Origin: Anaerolineae bacterium
GTDB lineage: Bacteria > Chloroflexota > Anaerolineae > JAADDB01
Direction: 5' to 3'
DNA length: 64,000 nt
Assembly: GCA_015486845.1 (NCBI GenBank)
Contig: WFQU01000129.1
Location: forward strand, 3,955 to 67,954
Shown: positions 37,569 to 47,506 of the stretch, piece after piece
How positions within the stretch are numbered: the first letter of the stretch is position 1
Layout: each line of letters starts with the position of its first letter
Position numbers and translations under genes: made by a program
Notes under the pieces: model-generated
What the model saw: only the letters and a program-made list of their open reading frames with translations
The model's database searches: none
What the model was told of the DNA's origin: nothing

Positions 37569-38570
37569 CTACAGCATTGCATTTCCCCGAGCGATAACAC
37601 GCCGGTAGACCTCGCTAACCCGATGGGCGCTTGTTGATAATGCATAAACCTGCATGCGCTGCCGGCCATCGGTGCGCCGGCCAAAAGCCAGCGCCAACTT
37701 CAATTTGGCGGCTGTGTCTTCTGCCGAACGGTCGCAAATGTAGCAGCCTGCTGTATCCCCAATGACCGTCTTCGCATCTCCTAAATCACCGCTAACGATG
37801 GGCAGATTGCACGCCATGGCTTCTTTGATCACCATAGGCGAACCTTCGTAATCGGAAATCAGCACCAGCGCGTCGGCAGCATTCATATAAACAGGCACTT
37901 TCTCGTGGGGCTGCCCGCTGGCGATGAGTAGATTCACCCGCATGCCACCGTTCTGTAATATTTGTACGGCCTGCCGAATAACCGGCACCCGTTTGTCCGG
38001 GCGCATTTGCCCGGCAAACAACACATACTTATCATGAGGTGACAAACTCAGCCCCAGTGCCTCGCGCGCCGCTGTCTGCGCTAGAGGACGGAAACGTTGC
38101 AGGTTGATGCCCGGCGGAATCACCACCGCTGACGGCCAGGCCAATGTTTCTTGCACCCAGCGGCTAGTAACGATAACCGCAGCGGCATGGCGAGCTAACA
38201 AGCGGGAAAGGGGCGCCGTCAGACCAATTTTGACCTCGCTACCGTGGAAAGTTATCACGGACGGAAGCCGCCGCTGCGCCATCGCGATGAGCCCGGAAAG
38301 CGCGTAATGGGCATGGACTAGCTGGTAGGGCCTACCCTTCAATTGCCGCCAAAAAGGCGGGTAAGCGCGCAAATAGTTAGTCTTGCTGGCTTTGCCGTTG
38401 ACAAAAAACACATCCACACCCACGCCTAAATCCCGTAATGCCTCGACTTCATCGCGAACAAAAGTGCCGAAATCGGGAGCGCCGGGGTGCGGGTATAAAT
38501 TTGCCACCACTAGCACCCGTAGCGATGCTTCTTCCAGGTTGGGGTCGGCAAACAGTTGGATTACACTCAT
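37569..38570 (-). CDS. Glycosyltransferase family 4
   Basis: Start MSVIQLF at 38570. GT-B pattern with the EGSPMVIKEAMAC motif. Confidence 0.75.
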   Translation of the reverse strand: MSVIQLFADPNLEEASLRVLVVANLYPHPGAPDFGTFVRDEVEALRDLGVGVDVFFVNGKASKTNYLRAYPPFWRQLKGRPYQLVHAHYALSGLIAMAQRRLPSVITFHGSEVKIGLTAPLSRLLARHAAAVIVTSRWVQETLAWPSAVVIPPGINLQRFRPLAQTAAREALGLSLSPHDKYVLFAGQMRPDKRVPVIRQAVQILQNGGMRVNLLIASGQPHEKVPVYMNAADALVLISDYEGSPMVIKEAMACNLPIVSGDLGDAKTVIGDTAGCYICDRSAEDTAAKLKLALAFGRRTDGRQRMQVYALSTSAHRVSEVYRRVIARGNAML

Positions 38571-39595
38571 ACTTTCTTCCTGGCAACGATGCGAAACGCG
38601 TTGGCCAGCCAGATAGTCAACCGCGTAGGCACTTTGTGCGTGAGCCAATTGTTGACTTTGGCAATTCTGTTGCTCCGGGAACCACCAAAATAGGCATAGG
38701 CCTGGACATCGAACCCGTAATACGCCATCTCGTCTCGCAATTTCAGCGGGTTGAAAAGGAGCGTTGCATACTGATTGGTCACCGGATCGATGGGACATGT
38801 ACCGTGCTGATAAAAGTGTTGTGGCTTAGCGCCGGTATCCGTGAAATAGTGCACCACGGCCAAGGTCTCGCCTCTACTCAGTCCCGAAGTGCCCCGCGCT
38901 AAACTATCTACGACGTCCTGGTTCAAAAACGGGAAAGCCTCACTAATAATTTCCCGGCGCTGTTGCAAGAAAGACTTGGCGATGGGACGATGATGCCCGC
39001 TGCCTTCTCGACCGTTCTCGAGCATCGCCCATCGCCGCCGCATCCGTTTCACCTGCCATGGATTGGCACCGTTATGAGAATCCGCCACGATGAGCACGCC
39101 GCCGGGGCGCAACACGCGGCACGTCTCTTTGAAAAACCCGGTTATATCTCGGCAATGTGATATGGCGTCCATGGTAAGAATCACGTCGAAGCTATTATCT
39201 TCATATGGCATCGCGGCGGCATCACCCTGGCGGACGAAGACCGGCAGGTCCGCCGGGAAAATAGCGCGAAAAGCGTCGAATGTGTCCACATAATTTTGCT
39301 CGGGTTCCAAGCTATGCGCGGTTTTGGCGCCAGCTAAGGCGAGAAAAATGGATGGAAGGCCGAAATCAGCACCACAATCCAAGATATCCTGGCCGGCGAT
39401 CGGCACCATGGCCAGAGCCAATAGCGATTCTACATGGCGCCTGTAACGGCGCAAAAAACGTTTTTTGCGCAAATGGCCAAATTGTTGCCATAGTTGCGGA
39501 TCATACTGTTGGCGTCGTTCCGGTGCAAAAAGCTCGCCCATGAGCTGAGCTACATCGTATTGTTGCCCTTGCCACTGAAATGTTGTGCTTTTCAT
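38567..39595 (-). CDS. Class I SAM-dependent methyltransferase
   Basis: Motif I (ILDCGADFGLPSIFLA) and the post-I acidic residue. Its stop overlaps the start of the downstream GT4 gene by 4 nt. Confidence 0.75.
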   Translation of the reverse strand: MKSTTFQWQGQQYDVAQLMGELFAPERRQQYDPQLWQQFGHLRKKRFLRRYRRHVESLLALAMVPIAGQDILDCGADFGLPSIFLALAGAKTAHSLEPEQNYVDTFDAFRAIFPADLPVFVRQGDAAAMPYEDNSFDVILTMDAISHCRDITGFFKETCRVLRPGGVLIVADSHNGANPWQVKRMRRRWAMLENGREGSGHHRPIAKSFLQQRREIISEAFPFLNQDVVDSLARGTSGLSRGETLAVVHYFTDTGAKPQHFYQHGTCPIDPVTNQYATLLFNPLKLRDEMAYYGFDVQAYAYFGGSRSNRIAKVNNWLTHKVPTRLTIWLANAFRIVARKKV

Positions 39596-39638
39596 CTAAG
39601 CCCTTCCTGCGGCGTAACGTCTCTACGTCAGTTTTTTC

Positions 39639-40847
39639 TCACGGCACGAAATCCCCATTTTCCACACTCCGCTTTTCATTCTCCACACGCCAGGCTCTAT
39701 TTCCCTGCCCCGCAATGATTTCGCGGTACATGGTCAAATGCTTGGCAGCGACAATATCAGGGTGAAAACGTTTGGCTGCTTCCTGCCGTGCTGCCGCGCC
39801 CCGGCGCAATGTTTCCGCCTGATTCGCTAACGCTTGTGTCATAGCTCGCCGCAAAGCTGTTTGATCTCCCCATGGCACAATCCAGCCAGTGCGTCCGTGT
39901 TCGATCATGTATCGATGGCCGCCCACATCATTGGCGATGACAGCACGACCAGACGCCATGGCTTCGGTGATGACGACAGGAGCCGTTTCCTGTTGGGAGT
40001 TTAACACAAAAACAGTAGCTTGGCGATACGCGCCCAATAACGCAGAACGATCCAGAGCCCCCAAGAAATGGATACGCCCTGCCAAACCTAATTGCTGCAC
40101 CCGGGTCCGGCAGGCCTGGGCGTAGTTCGGGAAAGCATCCATTTCACCGGCGATGCGCAAATGTGCCGCCGGAAAATCTGATGCTATGCCAGCAAACGCG
40201 TCAATAAGCGGCAAGATCCCTTTGCGTGGAATGACCCTGGCCACGGTCAATAAGGCTCCCGGCTCTGCTTCCCCATCGGCAGCAAAGAAACACGGATCTA
40301 CCGGATTTTCGATAGCGAACAGCCGCGCCCGTAGCCAGGGATAAGCCTGGGTCACGTATGGCGAAATAGCCACAACGTTCCGCGCCTGAGGCAACAACCA
40401 GCGCTCAAACCAACGATCGATTTCCCGCGCCACCCGCTTTTTCCTCCCCCAGACGGTATGCGCTTCAGCGAACATAACGCCATGGATGGTAACCACATGC
40501 GGCCATCGACTCCGGATCGCCGCGGCGGCGTAAAGATCAGAACCGTGCCCGTGGACGATATCCGGTTGGATGGTCGAGAGCAGAGCGTGCAACCGGTGCA
40601 TTGCCAGCCCGTGCCAGGTCAAACGGCCAAAACGAGGCTGGGGCGCCACGTGTACAAACAAACGGCCAATCTGGCGGGTGGTCGGTACGGTAATATCGTT
40701 GCGCAGCGTCACCACATGCACTTCGACACCGTTCATGTGGCTGAGTGCTCCAGCCAAAAGCTGCGTCACAGCCTCCACGCCACCAACAACCGGGCCGTCT
40801 TGCACCGGGAAAAGTCCTAATATGGCTACGCGTAACGGTTTAGACAT
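39639..40847 (-). CDS. Glycosyltransferase family 4
   Basis: GT4 pattern (ETAPVVITEAMASGRAVIAN). Confidence 0.8.
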   Translation of the reverse strand: MSKPLRVAILGLFPVQDGPVVGGVEAVTQLLAGALSHMNGVEVHVVTLRNDITVPTTRQIGRLFVHVAPQPRFGRLTWHGLAMHRLHALLSTIQPDIVHGHGSDLYAAAAIRSRWPHVVTIHGVMFAEAHTVWGRKKRVAREIDRWFERWLLPQARNVVAISPYVTQAYPWLRARLFAIENPVDPCFFAADGEAEPGALLTVARVIPRKGILPLIDAFAGIASDFPAAHLRIAGEMDAFPNYAQACRTRVQQLGLAGRIHFLGALDRSALLGAYRQATVFVLNSQQETAPVVITEAMASGRAVIANDVGGHRYMIEHGRTGWIVPWGDQTALRRAMTQALANQAETLRRGAAARQEAAKRFHPDIVAAKHLTMYREIIAGQGNRAWRVENEKRSVENGDFVP

Positions 40848-42309
40848 CGTCTTGTCTCTTCCCCCAAGCGATCATCTGCCGCCGTCTTGCCTCGGCTGCT
40901 TGGAGATAAGCGAAAAGGACGCCCAACAGATAGAAATAGACAATATTGCCGAATTGGTTAGGGCCGGTATCCAGCGTGGCGATAATGCTCATGTAAGCTA
41001 ATGTGGCGGCCACGACAATGCCCCATAAAGCGCGTTCGCCCGGCAAATGCTGGTTGAACCAACGGCAGCCGGCGATGATTTTTCGCCAAAGGGTGATCCA
41101 GAAGCCTAACAACGGGAGAAAGCCCAACAACCCTGCCGAGAGCAGAATATCTAAATAGGTATCATGCGGCATGGGCATCCAGTGCGGCGCATATTGGTAC
41201 CACAAGCCGGCGGCTAAGCTTCGATAGCCAAAATTGGCATAGCCAATACCCCAGAGGGGCGAGGAGAGAAAGTAGCCAATACCGATATCGAACGCTTTGC
41301 CACGATAGCCCACCGTTTCGCCTTGGGCCAGCCGTTCTTTGAACAACGCCGATCGACTGAGCGGGCCCCATAAGAGCAGCACACTAAGCCCAGCTAACGC
41401 CATAAAAGTGAAAAACGGCCGGCGAAAGCGCGGTTCAATGATGGACCAAACGACGAACACGATGAGCAATCCCATATAGCCGGCTCGCGTGTACAGCAGA
41501 CCGACGGCCACACTCATCAAAACGATATATGTGCCGTAAAACCATTTTTGCCCGGCCCGAGTGGCTTGGAAATAACGATACAGAAAATAGGGCATAAGCA
41601 CGTCTAAAATCGTAGCGTGGTAGGCGGGATCGCCCAACAAACCGGTCATACGGTGAAGGTGGGCGGTATACTGAGCAGCTCTTCCCCAGGGATAAAACCA
41701 GATTACCCCGGTAGTCTGTTCGTGCAGGACAAGCACGACAAGATAGCCAGCGATAAGGGGCAAAATGCTCAGTGCCCGGCGCAACTGTTCCCGGCTGTTC
41801 ACATAGAAGCGCACCAGGAAGAAAAGCGAAAGGGGCAGAACCCAGATGTCGAAGAAGGATTGACCGGCCTCTATGAGGCCTTTAACCGAAAGTCGGATGG
41901 ACAGGCCATAGCCGATGAGAAAGAGCAGCAGCCAGCCGGCCAGCCAGGTAAAGTGTGGCCAGGGGCGGCGGCCAGTAGCCCATTGCAAGAAAAGGATGAG
42001 CGCCAAAAGGACAAAGACTAACCGATTATAACCTAAATCCGGCACGCCAGCACCTAAGCTCAAATTCAGATGCCAGAATGGCGCAAAGGGTGAAACGACC
42101 ATCCAGGTGAGCAGGCCGAGGAATGGATCCATTATGGTGAGCACGGCCTGGAAGAAAAGACCAATGGGCGAAAAAAGCCGCTCCGGATGGGGCTGCAAGG
42201 TGCCCCGGATCAGGAAGAAGGCGGCTGCGATGGCAATGCCGCTCTGGGCGCCGATGTTCAGCACGCCACGCCAAAGTCCTCCGGACTGTTTATGGGCAGC
42301 TACTGACAT
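40840..42309 (-). CDS. O-antigen ligase/polymerase-like (Wzy/WaaL family) polytopic membrane protein
   Basis: About 490 aa with 10 to 12 transmembrane segments and a large periplasmic loop, typical of Wzy_C. The start was moved to MSVAAHK at 42309. Confidence 0.65.
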   Translation of the reverse strand: MSVAAHKQSGGLWRGVLNIGAQSGIAIAAAFFLIRGTLQPHPERLFSPIGLFFQAVLTIMDPFLGLLTWMVVSPFAPFWHLNLSLGAGVPDLGYNRLVFVLLALILFLQWATGRRPWPHFTWLAGWLLLFLIGYGLSIRLSVKGLIEAGQSFFDIWVLPLSLFFLVRFYVNSREQLRRALSILPLIAGYLVVLVLHEQTTGVIWFYPWGRAAQYTAHLHRMTGLLGDPAYHATILDVLMPYFLYRYFQATRAGQKWFYGTYIVLMSVAVGLLYTRAGYMGLLIVFVVWSIIEPRFRRPFFTFMALAGLSVLLLWGPLSRSALFKERLAQGETVGYRGKAFDIGIGYFLSSPLWGIGYANFGYRSLAAGLWYQYAPHWMPMPHDTYLDILLSAGLLGFLPLLGFWITLWRKIIAGCRWFNQHLPGERALWGIVVAATLAYMSIIATLDTGPNQFGNIVYFYLLGVLFAYLQAAEARRRQMIAWGKRQDDV

Positions 42310-42316
42310 AATCCGT

Positions 42317-43546
42317 TCATCCTTGTCCCAGAATATCGGCGTAGACCGCTTCGACGCCGCGCACAGTTTGGGCAGCGCTGAAATGTTGCCGCACATGCTC
42401 TCGCCCCGCCTGCCCCAAAGCAACCGCTTGGGCCGGATAGGATAACAGCCGTTCAATGGCAGATGCCATGGCCATGGCATCTCCTGGCGGTACCAGTAGA
42501 CCGGTTTGACCCGCTTGCACGATTTCAGGCACCGCCCCGGCGTCGGTGGCTATCACCGGCAACTGTGCGGCCATCCCTTCGATAAGCACCCGGCCGAACG
42601 GCTCCGGCTCCACCGAGGCGTGCACCAATAGATCCAGCGACGGTAACAAGCCCGGAATATCTTCCTGGTGTCCCAAGAAATGGATACGCTGAGCAATGCC
42701 GGAAGATTCGGCCAAATGGTGCAAAGTCTGTGCATAGCTTTCTGCGCCGACTTCCGGCTCGCCAACAATCCAAGCGTGAAAAGCTGGGTTTTTACGTGCA
42801 ATTTGCGCCACGGCTTGCAAAAAAATGTGTTGTCCTTTCCATGGCACAATGCGCCCGACCAGGCCCGCCAAAGGCCCGTCCGGCGGTGTTTGCCACGCCT
42901 GCCGCAGTGCGGGATCGGCAACAGTGGAAAAATCCTCCACGTCCAAGCCGTTGTAGACAACGGTCAAACGCCTTTGCAACACGCCTAAGGTCGCCATCTG
43001 ATCAGCAACGGCGCCGGAAATGCAAAGATAACGAGCGACGCTCTGGTCCAGCCAGCGATCAAAAATAGTCCAGCTATCCCAGCCGCGCACATGGCAGACC
43101 AATGGCAGCCGGTTCATTTTAGCAGCCCAAATAGCGCCTCGGTTAACAGTAAGCCGATCGTTGACATGTACTAGATCCGGCTGGACTTGGGCCATCACGC
43201 GTGCTAACCTTTTTGCCTGGGGATAAAAGCGGCGGGCAATACGTCCCATGAAGCCAATGCCGTGCCAAATGGGACGCAAAAATGTTTGCCGGCGCATGAA
43301 ATCCCCTACATACCCTTGCCGAGCCCGATCTACGCTTGCACCGTATTGCACCGGCTGTCCCTGGCTGGAGGGAAAGTCGATGACCTCAACACCCAAATCG
43401 ACAAACCGTTGCCGGCGCCGCTGCCCAGCCGCTAAAATCAACGTGGGGCGGTAATGATTGGGCAGCTTGCGGAGGAGATATTCTAAACTGGCCAACGATC
43501 CGGCCGCCCGGGGGGCCAGATCGACGTACAAAATGCGTTTCTCCAT
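42317..43546 (-). CDS. Glycosyltransferase family 4
   Basis: Start MEKRILYV at 43546. GT4 C-terminal EPFGRVLIEGMAAQLPVIAT motif. Confidence 0.8.
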   Translation of the reverse strand: MEKRILYVDLAPRAAGSLASLEYLLRKLPNHYRPTLILAAGQRRRQRFVDLGVEVIDFPSSQGQPVQYGASVDRARQGYVGDFMRRQTFLRPIWHGIGFMGRIARRFYPQAKRLARVMAQVQPDLVHVNDRLTVNRGAIWAAKMNRLPLVCHVRGWDSWTIFDRWLDQSVARYLCISGAVADQMATLGVLQRRLTVVYNGLDVEDFSTVADPALRQAWQTPPDGPLAGLVGRIVPWKGQHIFLQAVAQIARKNPAFHAWIVGEPEVGAESYAQTLHHLAESSGIAQRIHFLGHQEDIPGLLPSLDLLVHASVEPEPFGRVLIEGMAAQLPVIATDAGAVPEIVQAGQTGLLVPPGDAMAMASAIERLLSYPAQAVALGQAGREHVRQHFSAAQTVRGVEAVYADILGQG

Positions 43547-43550
43547 GATT

Positions 43551-44765
43551 TTACGGCTGTTTGCGTTGAACAGAACGGCGCCGCCAGGTACGATCGATGC
43601 CTTCCAAGAGAAAAGCGAGCAATAGACCAACCAGTAGAGAAGCCCCAAACGCAACGGTCAAGTACCGTCCCATTTGAGTCGGTGCACGCTGGGCCGGGGT
43701 TTTGTTGCCTTTGTCCAACCAGACTAAATAGCCGGCGTGCAGCGCCTGGTTCTCTTTGATCTTCGCTTCATTGAGCTTGTTGAGCAAGAAGCTGTATTGT
43801 TGACGGGCATTAGCCACGTTATCCGAGAGCGTTTGATATTGCCCTTCAATGCCCACCAATTCGGCCAACCGGCTACCTTGTTGGGTGGCCAGCAAATCAT
43901 AGCGTTGTTGGGCGGCTTCCTGCCCGGCGACGAGCGCCTCTTGTTGGGACGCGTTGGTAAAATTGGATTGTGCTAAGCCACGATAAAAGTCAGCCGTGGC
44001 GGTTGCCTGCCGAGCTTCGGCCTCGCTGCTCATTTTGAGGGCTGATTCTGCTTGCTGGCGGTAACTTGCCGCCAATGCTTTGGCTTGATCCGCTTTGACG
44101 GTTGCCATTTGTTGGCTGTTACGGTAGGCCCGTATGGTGGCTTGCACAGCCTCGGCCTCCGCTTGCACTGAATTGATGTTGTAACGCAAACGAAAGGTTG
44201 TCAAGGCGGATTGGGCCGCCGCCAGACGCTTTTCCTGGGCGTGAACCTGCTCTTCGATGAACTGCCGGGACTGAATAACCGGCAGAGAGCGCTCCTGGCG
44301 AAATGCTTCCAACGCGTTGGCCACATGCGTGTCGACGACAGTGCGGGCCAAAGTCGCCGTTGGCTCATAGAAAATCACGACAACGTCAGCCTCATCCGGG
44401 ATGGGCCACATTTCGTAATTGATGTCTGCCGGCGTTTTGTGCAAGTGTAAGTCTTTGATGGTCTTCCAGGCGACTGAGTTCTCCCGCAATGTCTTGATGA
44501 AAGCGTCCCGTGTGGCTCGGGCCGACTCGCTGGCCCCCACAGAACGGTAGGAGCCGTAAATCGCGACATTATCTGCCTGGGTAGGCAAAGCTTGCAAGCG
44601 CACGGTGGCCTGATACCGGGGGGGCTTACGAGCCTGATAATAATACACTCCGCCGACGGTTACGACGACCAAAAGGGTAATCAGCCACCAGCGCCGCCAA
44701 ATGACGTTCAAATAAGCTTGTATGTCGTTCAAGTTTCTTTTGACCTCTTTCGAGACAGGCTCCAT
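43551..44765 (-). CDS. Polysaccharide chain-length determinant (Wzz/GumC-like co-polymerase) without a kinase domain
   Basis: N-terminal transmembrane helix, a long coiled-coil periplasmic region, and a C-terminal transmembrane helix (LLVGLLLAFLL). About 404 aa. Confidence 0.65.
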   Translation of the reverse strand: MEPVSKEVKRNLNDIQAYLNVIWRRWWLITLLVVVTVGGVYYYQARKPPRYQATVRLQALPTQADNVAIYGSYRSVGASESARATRDAFIKTLRENSVAWKTIKDLHLHKTPADINYEMWPIPDEADVVVIFYEPTATLARTVVDTHVANALEAFRQERSLPVIQSRQFIEEQVHAQEKRLAAAQSALTTFRLRYNINSVQAEAEAVQATIRAYRNSQQMATVKADQAKALAASYRQQAESALKMSSEAEARQATATADFYRGLAQSNFTNASQQEALVAGQEAAQQRYDLLATQQGSRLAELVGIEGQYQTLSDNVANARQQYSFLLNKLNEAKIKENQALHAGYLVWLDKGNKTPAQRAPTQMGRYLTVAFGASLLVGLLLAFLLEGIDRTWRRRSVQRKQP

Positions 44766-45363
44766 CTCTATTTTATTGAGACATGGGCACAAAAGTATAG
44801 CATAGCAAAACGTTTTCTCAAAAGCGTAGTTGCTAATAACCTCGGGCTATTGGTATAGCCAGTCGTGACTCATCCGAAAACAGGCTCACCGCGGAATACG
44901 CAACGTGCGCCGCGGTCAAATTAGTGTGATTTTAGCAACTATTTGCTTCCGAAACTGTAACTGCTCGTTTCTGATAAAACAGTGGCGCCGGCACGGGCCG
45001 GCGGCCGGCCTGTGCCGGCACGCAGACAGGCGCACCATAGCGGCTGAAAACGCCCCCTATCCCCCAACCTTGGGGGGAGCAACATGCCCCAGCCCTCCGA
45101 AAAAGGGTCTTGGCTACGCCGGATCTGGTTCGTTGCGGGCAGCACTCCCTCTCGCCACGCTGCGGTCTGCCGCTATCCTGTTGGCAACGAGCGCATAGCC
45201 CGTGTTGTCGTCGTGCGTTGGTATGCGCTTAATCGTGGCTAATCGTATGAGCCGGGTCTGATAACATGAATTTTCGTGTTGCTGGCGTAATATATTTGAG
45301 ATCAGCGTTGATCAGCGTTCTATTTTCAAATGAAACAAAATTGCTGGTCGCAAGCAGCTTTGT

Positions 45364-45392
45364 TTGACCAACACAGACTGATAGCGTATAAT
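45364..45392 (+). promoter_or_regulatory. Strong sigma-70-type promoter (TTGACC, 17 nt spacer, TATAAT)
   Basis: -35 at 45364..45369 and -10 at 45387..45392. It lies immediately downstream of a leader-type repeat module (45308..45335). Confidence 0.5.
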
Positions 45393-45399
45393 TTTTTCA

Positions 45400-45620
45400 T
45401 TCAGCTATACTGTCAAGTTCGCGTAAATTCGAGTTCTATAGACCATAAAGGCGTGGCAGTCGTGGACGTTTTCAGCAGGCAAGGTTTTTTATGTCAAGCT
45501 TGGTACAACAAACAAAAACCAAGTGGGCCAAAAGCATTCACGGGCAGGAAAATTGTAAGTTGTGGTAGAGCCAGGAAACTTAGCCAGAAACAAGGCAGTT
45601 CTTGGCTGTTTTTATTTTAA
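45400..45620 (+). ncRNA. Candidate small noncoding transcript of about 220 nt, bounded by the promoter above and an intrinsic terminator. Only a 26-codon ORF with a weak ribosome-binding site lies within it. Identity unknown.
   Basis: Terminator-like hairpin AGCCAGAAacaaggcagTTCTTGGCT followed by GTTTTTATTTT at 45583..45620. The unit sits upstream of the korA leader. It was not matched to a known RNA family by eye. Confidence 0.25.
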
Positions 45621-45744
45621 GTATAGGCTCTCTTGCAGGTGGGTGAGCGCATGCACTGGGATAAGGAAGCTAGTCAAGAGGTCGTTTATCTCAATGTGCT
45701 ATGAAAAAGGGAGACTTAATTACTAATGAGGAAGGCTATTCGCT

Positions 45745-47478
45745 ATGGGTGCAAATGATCTGGTAATTCGTATTGGTGGTGAATCGGGAGACGGTTACGT
45801 TAGCACCGGTGACATTTTAGGGCGCATTGCTGCCAGTTCCGGTTATGACGTTTATACTTTTCGAACTTTTCCTGCTGAGATTTTAGGTGGCCATGTCATG
45901 TTCCAATTGCGTATCGACGTGGAAAAAGTTACGTCACGCGGGGACATGTTGGATGTTTTAGTGGCGACCAATCAGGAAGGTTACGAAAAACATCACAAAG
46001 ACTTACACGAAACTGGTCTAATTGTCTACGATAGCAACTCGGCCGAGATCCCCGCCGAGAACACGCGGGAGAAATTAGGTATCCCGGTGGTAGATATTGC
46101 CCGCAAGCTCAAGTATCCCCGCGGGAAAAATGCCGTGCTGTTAGGCGCTGTCGTGCAATTGATCGGCTTGGAAGTCGAAGAGGCAGAAACGATGATTATG
46201 CGTCGTTGGGGACGCAAGTCGGCAGCCATCGGTGAGCAAAATATCGCCGCCATGCGAGCTGGCATGGCCTACGCCGCTGAAAACTGGCCGACGGAGCGCC
46301 AATTCAGGTTGGAAAAGCCACATGATACAGAATCAGAACGGCTGGTCATAGACGGCAACCAGGCCATTTCTATGGGCGCCTTGGCTGCCGGCTGCCGGTT
46401 CTATGCCGGTTATCCTATCACGCCTGCTTCCAGTGTGATGGAGTTCATGGCCAAAGAATTGCCCAAATTCGGTGGCGTGATGATCCAGGCTGAAGATGAA
46501 ATTGCGGCCATCAACATGGTTGTCGGCGGCTCTTTTGCTGGCAAACGCTCTATGACGGCTACCTCCGGCCCCGGCGTGGCTTTGATGTCCGAAACATTAG
46601 GCATGGCCTCCATGGCCGAAATTCCCCTCGTCCTGGTGGACGTGCAACGAGTCGGCCCCAGCACCGGCATGCCAACAAAAACGGATCAAGGCGATCTAAA
46701 CCTGGCCATTTACGGCATGGCCGGCGAAGGCCCGAAAGTGGTTCTGGCTGCGGACAATGTGGAAGATTGTTTCTACGTGATGAGCGCAGCGTTCAATGCA
46801 GCCGAGCGGTTCCAATTGCCCGTTCTCGTGCTCAGCGATCAAGACCTTTCCAACCGCATTCAAACGGTACCGCTATTCGATATGAGCCGGATGCAGCAAA
46901 TTCCTCGTGTGTTACCGGAAATCAAAGAAGGCGAGAAATATCTCCGTTACACTGTGACTGAAAACGGCATCTCGCCCATGAGCATTCCCGGCATGCCCGG
47001 CGGCAATTACACGGCGGAAAGCCTGGAACACAAGCCAATGGGTGCACCCAGTCACGAGCCGGATAACCGTATCACACAGATGAATAAACGTTTCCGCAAG
47101 ATGGAAACTGTGGCCAAAGAAATGGCCGACTGGAACCTATTCAAATATCACGGTGAGCGCAAGCCGAATATTGCCATTTTAGGATGGGGAACGTCGGAAG
47201 GCGCCGTCACCGAGGCGGTCAGCCGTTGTCAGGCCAAAGGAATCAGCGTGGGTGCTTTCTACACGAATTTACTCCTACCGCTACCGGTGGATGTCATTGC
47301 TGAATTCGTGAAAGACGCTAAAGTCGTGTTTGTGCCCGAGTTGAACTATACGGGACAATACGCCAATTGGCTGCGGTCCCAAATGGGGTTAGAAAGTGTC
47401 GGTTATTACCGCTATGACGGATTACCGTTCACAGCCGGCGAAATTGAAGCAGAAATCGAGAAATTAGCCGCTTCCTAA
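45745..47478 (+). CDS. korA: 2-oxoacid:ferredoxin oxidoreductase, alpha subunit (KorA-type, gamma-alpha fusion)
   Basis: Pyruvate/2-oxoglutarate:ferredoxin oxidoreductase domains. 577 aa. Followed by the TPP-binding beta subunit. Confidence 0.85.
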   Translation: MGANDLVIRIGGESGDGYVSTGDILGRIAASSGYDVYTFRTFPAEILGGHVMFQLRIDVEKVTSRGDMLDVLVATNQEGYEKHHKDLHETGLIVYDSNSAEIPAENTREKLGIPVVDIARKLKYPRGKNAVLLGAVVQLIGLEVEEAETMIMRRWGRKSAAIGEQNIAAMRAGMAYAAENWPTERQFRLEKPHDTESERLVIDGNQAISMGALAAGCRFYAGYPITPASSVMEFMAKELPKFGGVMIQAEDEIAAINMVVGGSFAGKRSMTATSGPGVALMSETLGMASMAEIPLVLVDVQRVGPSTGMPTKTDQGDLNLAIYGMAGEGPKVVLAADNVEDCFYVMSAAFNAAERFQLPVLVLSDQDLSNRIQTVPLFDMSRMQQIPRVLPEIKEGEKYLRYTVTENGISPMSIPGMPGGNYTAESLEHKPMGAPSHEPDNRITQMNKRFRKMETVAKEMADWNLFKYHGERKPNIAILGWGTSEGAVTEAVSRCQAKGISVGAFYTNLLLPLPVDVIAEFVKDAKVVFVPELNYTGQYANWLRSQMGLESVGYYRYDGLPFTAGEIEAEIEKLAAS

Positions 47479-47506
47479 AGCGGGGAAGGCATAAAAGGAG
47501 ATCATC

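Noticed and set aside
45481-45561. 26-codon ORF inside the candidate sRNA
   Set aside because: Weak ribosome-binding site and no recognisable features. Kept only as a note under the sRNA finding.
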